Part shown: positions 10,468-21,931 of the stretch, in pieces
Numbering within the stretch: the first letter of the stretch is position 1
Layout of the letters: each line of letters begins with the position of its first letter
Assembly: GCA_963747655.1 (NCBI GenBank)
Contig: CAVVFS010000002.1
Location: 201,789 to 265,788, forward strand
Direction: 5' to 3'
Length of the DNA: 64,000 nucleotides
Source of the DNA: an uncultured Gammaproteobacteria bacterium
Lineage (GTDB): Bacteria > Pseudomonadota > Gammaproteobacteria > Enterobacterales > Enterobacteriaceae
Notes under the pieces: model-generated
Seen by the model: only the letters and a program-made list of their open reading frames with translations
Database searches by the model: none
What the model was told of the DNA's origin: nothing
Program-made: the position numbers and the translations under genes

Positions 10468-11038
10468 ATGAAAATTTTTGCCTACGCGCCTGTGGCCGTT
10501 GTTTTAGGTGCAGTAATGTTGTCTGGCTGTGTGAGTCCACCAAACGGACCAGATGTCAGGGCAATGCCAGGAACGGGTAAAAGTTATGAGCAATTTATGG
10601 CGGATGATTCAACCTGCCAAAACTATGCTCGTGGCAATATTAATGGCGATGCCCAGCGTGCAAATAATAACGCGGTAAATACTGCGGCTGCAGCAACCGT
10701 GATTGGTGCTGCGGGCGGTGCATTACTGGGTGCGGCCTCTGGCCATGGTGGTTCCGGCGCGCTAATTGGTGCAGGCAGTGGCCTGTTAGTCGGCAGTGCG
10801 ATGGGTAATGATTCTTCAATGGGTAGCAATGACGACATTCAGGAACATTACAATGACGTCTATATCCAGTGCATGTATGCCAAAGGAGAAAGAGTGCCTA
10901 TGCCGGCTGGATTCAACCAGAGCTATCAGTCTCAGGATTCAGGTGTTCCGCCAGATTATAATCAGCAGAGCGAAGGGGGCTCCACCTGACTATTACCCGC
11001 AGGATAACCAGGGCGTGCCACCAGATTATCCTCAGTAA
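10468..11038 (+). CDS. Glycine-zipper lipoprotein (probable frameshift near 10980)
   Basis: Lipobox LSGC; GAAGGALLGAASG...GALIGAGSGLLVG zipper; the C-terminus continues in a second frame with PPDY repeats. Confidence 0.75.
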
Positions 11039-11096
11039 CTCTGTTTAAGAGTGAAAGCCAGTAATAAAAGTATAAGTAATCGAAGTTATCAGCAGT

Positions 11097-11147
11097 AAAA
11101 AGCCCGGAAATAATGCGACCAGATATCGCATCTGTTTCCGGGCTTTT
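11097..11147. terminator. Bidirectional hairpin terminator
   Basis: AAAAAGCCCGGAAA...TTTCCGGGCTTTT between convergent genes. Confidence 0.7.
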
Positions 11148-11149
11148 CT

Positions 11150-13058
11150 TTAAAGCGCGACCTGACGACTGATTTCTACTACGCGATCGCTGGGTAAGTG
11201 GTAATGATCGGTGATATGAATATTATTTCTCACCATCAGTGAGAAAATATGCCGCTGCCACGACGGAAGACGTTTTTTCCCGTCGCCACGAACAATATTT
11301 TCATGACCGACATAGAAGGTCAGATTCTCTCTGTCGATGCCCAGATCGGCTATTTCCTGATAACCCAGTAATTGCGCAATATGTCGGCTCTTCGATAAAG
11401 CCGTAATGGGCAATAACGTGCCAAAAGTTTGGTGCAATTTCCTCGATTTCAAGCCTGTCTTTTGCCTCGACGCGCGGGATATTTTCAATCTGTATATTCA
11501 GCGAAATCACCTGAGCGTGCAGTGAGCCATTACGCGTGACATGCCAGCGCATAATTGTTGGTGTCTCGGTAGAACGAGTCAAAAATACCGCCGTGCCTGG
11601 CACGCGAGGGATCTGATGCGTCTCGATATCGGTCAGAAATTCTTTAACCGGCATGGTTTTTTCACGCACGACGACGGTGGCAATTCTCACGCCGTGATGC
11701 CAAATCATCATGATGCTATACAATGCTATTGCCATCAGCAGCGGAATATAACCGCCCTCAAATATCTTGACCATATTTGCCGTTAAAAAGCTCAGATCAA
11801 CAATAAAGAACACGCCCGCGATCAGCGCACTGACCCATAAGCTCCAGCGCCAGACCTCACGCATTGCAACATAAATTAATCCGCTGGTCATGATCATGGT
11901 GAATGAGACGGCGATACCATAGGCCGCGGCCAGGCGATCGGAGGATTTAAAGAATACGGTAAGAAATATTGTAGCAACCATCAATAACCAGTTAATGGAG
12001 CCAATATAGATTTGCCCATAACTTTCTGCCGATGTCTGCTTAATTCTTAAGCGTGGCAACCAGCCAAGCTGCATTGCCTGACGAGTCATGGAAAAAGCAC
12101 CACTGATAATAGCCTGGCTGGCGATAATAGTGGAAAGGGTGGCCAGAATGACCAACGGAATAAGCATACCGGGCGGGCAAAGGCGATAGAAGATATTCTG
12201 GGTAATATCCGCACCAGATAAAATCAGCGCTGACTGACCGGCGTAATTGAGCAACAGGCTTGGAAACACTAAACCAAACCAGGCAAGCCAAACCGGGCGT
12301 TTACCAAAATGCCCCATATCAGCATATAAGGCTTCTGCCCCGGTCACACAAAGGAACACGCCGCCAAGCACCAAAAAACTACTGATGCCGTGAGAGAATA
12401 AAAATCTGAAGGCGTAATAGGGATTAACCGCGGCTAATACCTCCGGGTGCTGCATAATGCCCCAAATTCCCAGACCGCCAATCACCACAAACCACAGCGC
12501 CATAATTGGGCCAAACAGTTTACCAATCTTGGCCGTGCCCATTGCCTGAATAGCAAACAGAACCAACAGGATCACTACCGTAACCGGCACAATATAAGGT
12601 TTTGATTCTGGCAAGACCATGTTTACCCCCTCAATAGCAGAGAGGACGGATATAGCAGGGGTAATAGCCCCGTCACCATAAATAAGCGCAGCGCCGAATA
12701 TCCCGGCGAAGACAACTAACGGGCGGTTTTTCTTTTGGGTAAACAGCAAAGACATTAATGCCAGTATTCCACCTTCGCCGTTATTGCTCATGCGCATTGC
12801 AAACATGGCATACTTTGCGGAAGTGACGATCACTAACGTCCAGAAGATTAATGATAACAATCCGAGAACTACCTCGGGGGAAGAACCACCGCCTGATAAA
12901 TACAATACGGTTTTCAAAGTATAAAGCGGGCTGGTTCCAATATCTCCAAAAACAACTCCGAGTGCTCCTAGTGCCAGCAACTTAGTTCCCGCCGGTGCTT
13001 GCTCTTGATCTTCCATTACGTTGTCACTTGACATCCAGTAATCCTCAAAAGTTTCCAA
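11150..13058 (-). CDS. kup: KUP/HAK/KT potassium transporter (frameshift near 11310)
   Basis: LGVVFGDIGTSPLY, GEGGILAL, GAEALYADMGHF, YGQIYI; the C-terminal TFYVGHENIV...HLPSDRVVEISRQVAL is in a second frame. Confidence 0.92.
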
Positions 13059-13268
13059 TTCAAATAGTTAATCGCTAATTCATGCAAGTTTTATCCGTTT
13101 CCTGCTACTAAAGGTCGCTATACTCAGAATAGTCACATTATGCCGCGATGCTAATGTAAACTTGTTTTATAAAATTACGATGAACAGTGAAGAATTGAGA
13201 GCATCTGTTTAATAATTATATTGAATAATGGCGCACAAATTTGAACCCTATATGCCAAGTGAGGGTCT

Positions 13269-15005
13269 ATGAACTTTCGTTTTAACGTCAATGCGGCTAA
13301 TTGGCGTCTATTGCCTAACGCGTGGGATGGGGTTGCTTTCCCCCTGATTATTGGTTTGATAGCCATGGCCGCGGTGGGTTTTCATCAAACTTTATTGCCC
13401 ATTGCCAGCCTTAAAACTCAGGCTATTTCACTCGATCCGCACAATTTACCCGAATATGCTTTGCGAACCACGCTGCGCATGTTGGTTGCGATGTTTGCTG
13501 CGCTGATATTTAGTCTGGTCTATGGAACATTGGCTGCAAAAAGCCGGCGCGCTGAAAAGGTATTGGTGCCGATTCTGGATATTCTGCAATCAGTTCCTGT
13601 ACTCGGCTATATTTCCTTCACTGTGACTTTCTTTATTGCGCTGTTTCCCGGCCGAGTTCTTGGCGTAGAGCTCGCAGCTATTTTTGCGTTATTTACTAGC
13701 CAGGCGTGGAATATGACCTTTAGCTTTTACCAGTCGTTGCGTACCGTTCCTCGTGACCTGGTAGAAGTATCCCGCGGTTTTCACCTTACTGCCTGGCAGC
13801 GATTCTGGAAACTCGAGGTGCCTTTCGCCGTACCTGGACTGATATGGAACATGATGATGTCTATGTCGGGAGGATGGTTCTTTATTGTCGCGTCGGAAGC
13901 GATAACCGTGGGCCATAACACCTTTACTCTGCCGGGCGTAGGGGGATATCTGGCTGAGGCGATTCTGAATAAAAATATTCACGCCGTGGGTTGGGTATTG
14001 CTGACCATGTCACTGGTGATTCTGGCCTACGATCAGCTGTTGTTCAGACCTTTGGTTGCCTGGGCCGATAAATTTCGCATGGAAAATACGCGCTCCAGCG
14101 CTGCGCCAACCTCTTGGGTGCTGGATTTAATACGACATACGCGTTTGATTCATCAGCTATTAACGCCAATTGGCCTCTTTTTTTCAGCTATTGCGCGCAT
14201 ACCGTTTCGACTTCCAACTCGTAAACAGTCCCGCCCGCCAGTCGAGCAGAAAAAGCTATCCCGACGGGGTGATATTGTCTGGGCAACGCTGGTTATTTTG
14301 CTGACGATTTATGTCGCTTATCGGGTGATTAGCTATGTGCAGACGGGAGTCACTCTTGGGGATGTCGAGCACGTATTAGTTCTGGGGCTTATTACGCTGC
14401 TAAGGGTCACGCTGCTGATTTTTATTTCCTCGTTAGTCTGGGTTCCGCTGGGCGTGATGATTGGCCTGCGTCCCGGATTAGCAGGAAAAGTGCAGCCTAT
14501 TGCCCAGTTTTTGGCGGCTTTCCCCGCAAACTTGCTCTTTCCTGCGTTTGTTATTGTGATTGTGCATTTTAATCTGAATCCCGACATTTGGCTTTCCCCG
14601 CTGATTGTTTTGGGCACTCAATGGTATATTTTATTTAACGTTGTAGCCGGAACCACGGCGTTTCCAAATGATTACAAAGAAGCCGCAGCCAATTTTCATA
14701 TTCGTGGCTGGCAGTGGTGGAAAAAAGTCATGCTGCCCGGCATTTTTCCGTACTACATTACCGGTGCGATTACCGCATCGGGTGGTGCATGGAATGCCAG
14801 CATCGTCTCAGAATTTGTGCAATGGGGAGATACCAAAGTCACGGCTCACGGGCTAGGAGCTTATATTGCTCAGACTACCGCAGCCGGCGATTTCCCTAAA
14901 ATCATTCTGGGGATCGCCGTGATGGCCCTGTTTGTGACCCTGTTTAATAGGCTGCTGTGGCGGCCTCTCTATGCTTTCGCTGAATCCAGATTCCGTGCAG
15001 ATTAA
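13269..15005 (+). CDS. ABC transporter permease with two fused TM domains (NitT/TauT type)
   Basis: Two permease repeats (DILQSVPVLG... and QFLAAFPANLLFP...) in 578 aa. Confidence 0.85.
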   Translation: MNFRFNVNAANWRLLPNAWDGVAFPLIIGLIAMAAVGFHQTLLPIASLKTQAISLDPHNLPEYALRTTLRMLVAMFAALIFSLVYGTLAAKSRRAEKVLVPILDILQSVPVLGYISFTVTFFIALFPGRVLGVELAAIFALFTSQAWNMTFSFYQSLRTVPRDLVEVSRGFHLTAWQRFWKLEVPFAVPGLIWNMMMSMSGGWFFIVASEAITVGHNTFTLPGVGGYLAEAILNKNIHAVGWVLLTMSLVILAYDQLLFRPLVAWADKFRMENTRSSAAPTSWVLDLIRHTRLIHQLLTPIGLFFSAIARIPFRLPTRKQSRPPVEQKKLSRRGDIVWATLVILLTIYVAYRVISYVQTGVTLGDVEHVLVLGLITLLRVTLLIFISSLVWVPLGVMIGLRPGLAGKVQPIAQFLAAFPANLLFPAFVIVIVHFNLNPDIWLSPLIVLGTQWYILFNVVAGTTAFPNDYKEAAANFHIRGWQWWKKVMLPGIFPYYITGAITASGGAWNASIVSEFVQWGDTKVTAHGLGAYIAQTTAAGDFPKIILGIAVMALFVTLFNRLLWRPLYAFAESRFRAD

Positions 15006-15016
15006 GGACGATTACC

Positions 15017-16349
15017 ATGTTAGATAATCAAAAAACGTCATCTGACGCTCTGAAAAACTCAACAGAAGAGCGTCAGGATATTCTGGCGGTAAAAAATGTC
15101 AGTCATGGCTATGAGAAGGCCCATGGCGACGTATTAATTCTGGATAATGTTAATTTAACGCTGCAAAAAGGCGAGATTGTTGGGTTGCTCGGACGCTCCG
15201 GCTCAGGGAAATCAACCCTGTTGCGCATTATTTCCGGCCTGGTCACGCCCACTTCAGGGGAGGTCGATTATTTAGGCCAGCCGTTGCAAGGCCCGGCGAA
15301 AGGCGTCGCGATGGTATTTCAGACCTTTGCGCTATTTCCGTGGCTGACTGTATTGCAAAATGTTGAAGCAGGGCTTGAGGCTTTAGGGGTTGCCGCGGCA
15401 GAGAGAAGAACTCGATCGCTGGCCGCTATCGACCTGATTGGTCTCGACGGTTTTGAAAATGCTTATCCCCGCGAACTGTCTGGCGGCATGCGTCAGCGCG
15501 TAGGTTTTGCTCGCGCGCTGGTCGTTGACCCCACGCTGTTGCTTATGGACGAGCCTTTTTCTGCTCTGGATGTGCTGACGGCAGAAACGCTGCGTACTGA
15601 TTTACTTGACCTGCTGGAATCAGGGACATATGCCGATTAAGTCGGTGTTAATCGTTACGCATAATATTGAAGAAGCGGTGTTTATGTGTGACCGAATTCT
15701 GGTGCTGTCCTCTAATCCGGGCAAGGTTGTGGCCGAGATTAAAGTGCCGTTTAGTCATCCACGTAACCGACTGGACCCGGTATTCCGTCGTCTGGTCGAT
15801 GATGTTTACGCCAAAATGACCGCCAGACCCAACAGTGACAACGTTAAGAAAGGGCTTAAGCTGGGCACTCGGCTGCCACATGTTTCCACTAACCTGATGG
15901 CGGGGCTAATCGAAACACTGGCGGGCGAACCTTACCATGGTCGTGCGGATATGCCTGATATTGCCCGCTCGCTGCATCTTGAAGTCGATGACTTGTTCCC
16001 GATTGCCGAAGCCTTGCAAGCCCTTGGATTTGCAGACGTTCGTGAAGGCGATATTTTCCTGACTCCTCAGGCCCGAAGCTTTGCCGAACAGGACACTCAG
16101 CCTCGTAAAATCATGTTTGCCGAGCATCTACTGCGCTATGTTCCACTGGCAGCGTTGATTAAAACGGTCCTGGACGATCGCCCAGGGCATCGTGCACCCA
16201 GGGTTCGTTTTGAGCAGGAGCTGGAAGATTTCCTCTCAGATAGCGCGGCTAAAGAAACCTTAGACACGGTGGTTAACTGGGGCCGTTACGCAGAGATATT
16301 CTCCTACAATGATCAGACTGAATATTTCAGCCTGGAAGACGTAGAGTAG
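15017..16349 (+). CDS. NitT/TauT-type ABC ATPase with C-terminal associated domain (frameshift near 15625)
   Basis: Walker A GRSGSGKS, LSGGMRQR, LLMDEPF; second ORF IVTHNIEEAV...VVNWGRYAEIFSY. Confidence 0.88.
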
Positions 16350-16425
16350 ACTTTAAAATTAAACGTTAAGTTAACGTCTACGTTAAAACTTAATGCCTAC
16401 GTTAAAACCCAAAAGTACAGGTGTT

Positions 16426-18234
16426 TTACTTCTCCCGCGCAGCACGACGATAAAGCGTGCTGCGCGCAATACCGAGTATTTTCGCCGCTTTACTGACATT
16501 ACCGTCACAATTTTGCAAGGTTTCGGCGATGAACTGCTCGTCATGATGTTGTAGATCTGACTGATTTTGAAGATTTGACTGCACGGGCGATTCCTCCAGC
16601 TGGTATTTGCCGGGCAGGTTATCGCAATCTAAAACCTGACCATCGTCGGCCAATGCCAACAACACTTTAAGCAAGCTACGCAGCTGACGGACATTGCCTG
16701 GCCAAGGGTGTTTTGCCAGTCTTTCCAATAAAGTTGGCGTCAGTTGAACCTCTCTTTGCTCGCCACCCAGTTCACGCCACAGTTGTAAAATAAACGCCGG
16801 CAGTGAAGGCCATTCACGCAGTGGCGGAATAGTCATAGAGAATTCTTGCAGCCGATAGAGTAAGTCCTCACGGAATTTTCCTTCGGCAACCAACTGAGTC
16901 AAATTACGATGCGTGGCGCAGATCACCGCAAAATTAACCGGCCAGGATTGGCAGGAACCTAGCGGGGCAACTTCTTTCTCCTGTAACACGCGCAGCAGGC
17001 GGGTTTGCAATACCAATGGCATATCGCCAATTTCATCAAGAAAAAGCACGCCGCCGTCGGCCTCACGAATTTTTCCAATATAGCCATTTTTACTGGCACC
17101 GGTAAACGCGCCGGGTTGATAGCCAAATAACTCAGACTCTATCAATGACTCGGGAATTGCCGCGCAATTGATCGCCACAAACTTCCCCTTACTCCAGCGA
17201 CTTTGCTGATGCAGCATGCGGCTAACGTACTCTTTACCACTGCCAGTTTCGCCCAGAACACACAGTGAAATGCCAGCATCCAGCAGTCGCACCATTTTTT
17301 TATTTTCATTACGCAACGAGAAGGAATAATCGGTTGGGTGAATGGTTTTTACCGGCTGATGACTCTGCTTCGGCGCGCGCAGGCGGAAATAATAACGTTG
17401 CAGGTTGTGGGTAAGCAGTGGCTGCGGAATGCTATTGGCATTTTGCACGTTCTGCGGGAAAAGTTGCTGGAAGGTCAGGGCGCCGAAGTTATCACGGCTG
17501 AGATTAAGCTCGCGCATCGCCATTCTGTTGGCAGACATCAGCACGTTATCAGAGAAGATAAGCAGCAGCTCATCAACATTATCAATCCCTTGCACCTGTG
17601 GATGCAGACTCATTAGCCACTGATCGGGATGCAGGCTCTGCTTCATCCATAGATATTCGATATATTTCGCGGCTTCTTTAACCCACGCCAGCGTGTTGGG
17701 GTGTGGGAAATTAGCCGGCCCGGAGATATCCAATACTCCGGCGATTTGGCCATCTGGCGCTTGCAGAGTCATCGCTGCGCAGTAAAGCCCTTGATTACTG
17801 GTCAAATAATGCTGATGAGCATAAATCTCACAGCTATTGTCAATCGCCAGCGCAGTGCCAATCGCATTGGTTCCACGTCCGCATTCACTCCATAAATTAC
17901 CCGGTGCTAAGGCAAAACGCTGGGCTTTTTGTAATGCCTGCATATCGCCAAAAGTATTCAGTACCAGTCCGCTGGCATCAGAAAGCACCACTACCGATTG
18001 CTTATCGGCAGTCTTTTCGGCTAAAGCCTTAACGCCAGGCTGGGCGATAAGCTGTAGGGCAGAATTGTTAGCAAGCAGATCGGCCAGTTCACCTTTCTGA
18101 ATGCGAGGAAAATCATCGGCCTGGCGATCGATTCCATACAGCTGACTGCGAAACCAAGACTCACTGAGCAGCGGATCCGCGGATTTCTGAGCGTTATTGA
18201 CGACTGACGAATTTCCCTGCATTGAAGACCCCAT
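16426..18234 (-). CDS. Sigma54-dependent activator, AcoR-like (GAF-AAA+-Fis HTH)
   Basis: GTNAIGTAL (GAF), GETGSGKE, ESELFGYQPGAFTGA, FREDLLYRL, WPGNVRQL, GIARSTLYRR. Confidence 0.92.
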   Translation of the reverse strand: MGSSMQGNSSVVNNAQKSADPLLSESWFRSQLYGIDRQADDFPRIQKGELADLLANNSALQLIAQPGVKALAEKTADKQSVVVLSDASGLVLNTFGDMQALQKAQRFALAPGNLWSECGRGTNAIGTALAIDNSCEIYAHQHYLTSNQGLYCAAMTLQAPDGQIAGVLDISGPANFPHPNTLAWVKEAAKYIEYLWMKQSLHPDQWLMSLHPQVQGIDNVDELLLIFSDNVLMSANRMAMRELNLSRDNFGALTFQQLFPQNVQNANSIPQPLLTHNLQRYYFRLRAPKQSHQPVKTIHPTDYSFSLRNENKKMVRLLDAGISLCVLGETGSGKEYVSRMLHQQSRWSKGKFVAINCAAIPESLIESELFGYQPGAFTGASKNGYIGKIREADGGVLFLDEIGDMPLVLQTRLLRVLQEKEVAPLGSCQSWPVNFAVICATHRNLTQLVAEGKFREDLLYRLQEFSMTIPPLREWPSLPAFILQLWRELGGEQREVQLTPTLLERLAKHPWPGNVRQLRSLLKVLLALADDGQVLDCDNLPGKYQLEESPVQSNLQNQSDLQHHDEQFIAETLQNCDGNVSKAAKILGIARSTLYRRAAREK

Positions 18235-18280
18235 GCTTGTATCGAAAGTGTTGCAGTATTGTAGTCAATGGGTTCTTAAG

Positions 18281-18299
18281 GTGTTGCGATTTGCAACAC
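18281..18299. promoter_or_regulatory. Palindromic upstream activator site (candidate AcoR-like UAS)
   Basis: GTGTTGC-gattt-GCAACAC about 105 bp upstream of the sigma54 promoter; a second GTGTTGC half-site lies at about 18248. Confidence 0.6.
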
Positions 18300-18404
18300 A
18301 GATACGGAAATTTTCTTTAAGAGCACAACATTTTAAACTCGTCTTTTAACTTAATTAAATGATTTTTATATACATTTAAAATAAAGGATGGTTTTAAACG
18401 TTTT

Positions 18405-18420
18405 TGGCACGGCCGATGCA
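18405..18420 (+). promoter_or_regulatory. Sigma54 -24/-12 promoter for aldB-adhP
   Basis: TGGCAC-GGCCG-ATGCA matches TGGCAC-N5-TTGC with one mismatch; next to a bEBP gene. Confidence 0.8.
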
Positions 18421-18512
18421 ACACAGATTATGTAACCGCCGCAGTGCAAAACAACGCAGAGACGGTGGACAATTTTTGAAAGCTGTACCCTACATAAAAC
18501 AAGGAGTTTGCG

Positions 18513-20034
18513 ATGCGTTACGCACATCCCGGAAAACCGGATGCTTTGTTCTCTCTCAAAGCAACCTATGGCAACTACATCGGTGGCAAATTCGTAGAAC
18601 CGCTCAGCGGTCAATATTTTATGAATACATCGCCAGTCGATGGCAGTGATATTGGTCAGTTTCCACGCTCAGATGAAAAAGACATCAATGCTGCACTCGA
18701 TGCTGCCCATCAAGCCGCTGACGCCTGGGGCAAGACCAGTGTTCAACAACGTTCCACTCTGCTTTTAAAGTTAGCCGACCGTATTGAAGAAAATCTCGAA
18801 TATCTTGCCGTCGCCGAAAGTTGGGATAACGGTAAGCCTGTTCGTGAAACCCTTAACGCTGACCTGCCGCTGGCGGTAGATCATTTCCGCTATTTCGCAG
18901 GGTGTCTGCGTGCGCAAGAAGGCAGTGCAGCCGAAATTGACGAAAATACAGTGGCTTATCATTTCTATGAGCCGCTGGGCGTGGTAGGGCAAATCATCCC
19001 CTGGAACTTCCCACTGCTGATGGCAGCCTGGAAACTGGCACCTGCGCTGGCGGCTGGTAATTGTGTGGTGCTCAAACCTGCGGAGCAAACGCCGCTGAGT
19101 ATTACCCTGTTGCTGGAACTGGTAGGTGATATTTTGCCCGCTGGCGTGCTTAATGTGGTTCAAGGATTTGGGAAAGAAGCGGGTGAGGCATTGGCTACCA
19201 GTAAACGCATCGCCAAAATCGCGTTTACCGGATCGACCCCGGTTGGCCGTCATATCATGGCCTGCGCGGCGGAAAATATCATTCCTTGCACCGTCGAGTT
19301 GGGCGGGAAATCCCCAAATATCTACTTTGCCGATGTGATGAACGCGGAGCCAGAGTTTATCGAGAAGGCGGTTGAAGGCCTGGTATTAGGCTTCTTTAAT
19401 CAGGGTGAAGTGTGTACCTGCCCATCACGCGCGTTGATCCAGGAATCGATGTATGAAGATTTTATGGAACGCGTGGTAGCTAAAGTCGCCACTATTCGTC
19501 GTGGCGATCCGCTGGATACCGACACCATGATCGGTGCTCAGGCTTCTCGCCAGCAGTATGACAAGATTCTCTCCTACATTGATATCGCTAAAGAAGAAGG
19601 GGGTCGCATCCTGACTGGCGGTGAACGCGCATCAATCGGTACGGATTTTGATAACGGTTTCTATATCCAGCCAACGTTAATTAAGGGTGAAAACCAGATG
19701 CGTTCCTTCCAGGAGGAAATTTTTGGGCCGGTTATCGGTATCACAACCTTTAAAGATGAGAATCGAGGCGCTGGAAATTGCCAATAACACTCAGTTCGGG
19801 CTGGGCGCTGGCGTATGGACCCGCGATACCAATCTGGCTTATCGCATGGGTCGTAATATCAAGGCGGGTCGCGTCTGGACCAACTGTTATCACATGTACC
19901 CGGCTCACGCTGCTTTCGGCGGCTATAAACAGTCAGGCGTCGGGCGTGAAACTCACAAAATGGCTCTGAGCCAATATCAGCAAATCAAAAACTTGCTGGT
20001 TAGCTATGACATCTCGCCGTTAGGTCTTTTCTAA
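18513..20034 (+). CDS. aldB: Aldehyde dehydrogenase AldB-type (frameshift near 19760)
   Basis: [47 protein letters not shown]; ends [14 protein letters not shown]...PLGLF. Confidence 0.9.
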
Positions 20035-20058
20035 AATTCTCGAATTAAAGGAATAAAG

Positions 20059-21085
20059 ATGAAAACGATGAAAGCCGCAGTCGTCAAAGCCTTTGGTGAA
20101 CCTCTGGTTATTGAACAAGTGCCGATCCCTGAAGTGGGATCGGGCCAGGTACTGGTTAAAATTGTCGCTACTGGCGTATGCCATACAGACTTGCATGCAG
20201 CCGAAGGCGACTGGCCGATCAAACCGCAACCGCCGTTTATTCCCGGACACGAGGGCGCCGGTTATATTGTGGCAGTAGGTGAGGGCGTAAAGCATTTGCA
20301 GGAGGGGGATCGCGTGGGCGTGCCGTGGCTATACTCCGCCTGTGGCCATTGCGAACACTGTCTCGACAAATGGGAAACCCTGTGCCTTTCGCAGCAAAAC
20401 TCTGGTTATTCCGTTAACGGTAGCTTTGCGGAATATTGCCTGGCGGATGCCAACTATGTGGGTATTTTGCCAGAAAATATCGGCTACAATGAAATTGCGC
20501 CGATACTTTGCGCAGGCGTTACGGTTTATAAAGGTCTGAAAATGACTGATACAAAACCGGGCGACTGGGTGGTTATTTCCGGCGTTGGTGGCCTTGGGCC
20601 ACATGGCGATTCAGTATGCTGTAGCGATGGGGCTTAATGTTGCAGCGGTTGATATCGACGACAAAAACTGGCATTTGCTAAACGTCTGGGTGCCAGCGTG
20701 GTGGCCAACGCTAAAAATGTTGATCCGGCAAAAGTATTCCAGGAAGAGTTTGGCGGCGCTCACGGCGTGCTGGTTACGGCAGTTTCGCCTAAAGCTTTTG
20801 AGCAGGCGATTGGCACGATGCGCCGTGGCGGCACTATGGTATTAAACGGTTTACCTCCGGGCAAATTTGACCTGTCGATTTTTGATATGGTGCTCGATGG
20901 TATTACTGTTCGTGGTTCGATCGTGGGCACTCGGAAAGACCTGCAAGAAGCGCTCGATTTTGCCGGTCGTCATAAAGTCGCCGCCAATATCTGCCGTCGA
21001 GCCTCTGAGCAATATCAACGATATTTTTGCCCGTATGCATGCCGGCAAAATTGAAGGGCGTATCGTTGTAGATTTGGCACTTTAA
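20059..21085 (+). CDS. adhP: Zn-dependent alcohol dehydrogenase (several frameshifts)
   Basis: [52 protein letters not shown]. Confidence 0.88.
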
Positions 21086-21118
21086 TATTGTGCTTTATCT
21101 ATCAAATTAGATTAAACC

Positions 21119-21140
21119 AAAGGCTCCTGCGGGAGCCTTT
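21119..21140. terminator. Rho-independent terminator
   Basis: AAAGGCTCC-tgcg-GGAGCCTTT. Confidence 0.75.
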
Positions 21141-21197
21141 ATCTCTCTCTACTCTCAAGAAGAACGTTAAAGACTCAAACAGATAAAATCAACATAA

Positions 21198-21500
21198 TCA
21201 ATGAGTATCAGTGTGAGACTCTCTCCAGTCGTTAATCATTTGCTGGGTAACTTCCTTCTTGTAACAGATTGGGGAATAGCCACCGGCACGACTCCAGGCA
21301 CTTCGCCCACCGCAGGAGCTTCCGTTTCTGGCGCTGTTAAATGGGCAGGCGCAAGTCCCAGGATAAGATGATATTGAGTCATCAATTATGGCCTGTTTGA
21401 CCTTATCGTCTGAAATTGTGCCTTTTGCTGCTGCAAGGTTGCTGATAAAAAGGGGAGAAAATAAAAGAGAAAAAGCTAACAATCGAGTAGTTCTTAACAT
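21198..21500 (-). CDS. Small secreted Cys-containing hypothetical protein
   Basis: Signal peptide; YPGTCACPFNSARNGSSCGGRSAWSRAGGYSPICY. Confidence 0.75.
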   Translation of the reverse strand: MLRTTRLLAFSLLFSPLFISNLAAAKGTISDDKVKQAIIDDSISSYPGTCACPFNSARNGSSCGGRSAWSRAGGYSPICYKKEVTQQMINDWRESHTDTH

Positions 21501-21599
21501 TAACAATGCCTCCTTAGGAATAGTCCTACCAAGATTGCATCTTTATATTATTATTTAAACTAAAAGTTTAAAGTTATTGAAGTATGTAACCAGAGTTGA

Positions 21600-21931
21600 G
21601 TGAGCGAAAGTATCAGCACCAGGATAAGTCCTTGTAGCATGACAACTTTTGGCGTATTCAACCCATTGTTCGGCGACAATTCCACAGCCCGCTGTAAAAT
21701 TTCATATCTCCGTGAGCCTGTCGTGATTCCTCGTCACATCGCCATCTACCTCAAAAGAAGTATTAAAAGTCCGCCTGTTGTTAAATTGATTTCGCATTCC
21801 GTAACTTTATAGGGGTTGGGAACAAAGAAGTGCTTAATATGTTCAGGTATAGTCCAGCATTGCCAAATCGACTGCCGGGTAATATTCAGAATGCGTTCTA
21901 TTTTGAGGTCAGTCTGGGGATCAAGCTTCAT
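21600..21931 (-). pseudogene. SRPBCC (Aha1-like) protein remnant
   Basis: MKLDPQTDLKIERIL...CWTIPEHIKHFFVP...; then a frameshift, an apparent internal deletion, an in-frame TGA and a C-terminal GIVAEQWVEYAK fragment. Confidence 0.65.

Noticed and set aside
13991-14020. matS-like CTGACCATGTCAC in the ABC permease gene
   Set aside because: Two mismatches to the consensus.
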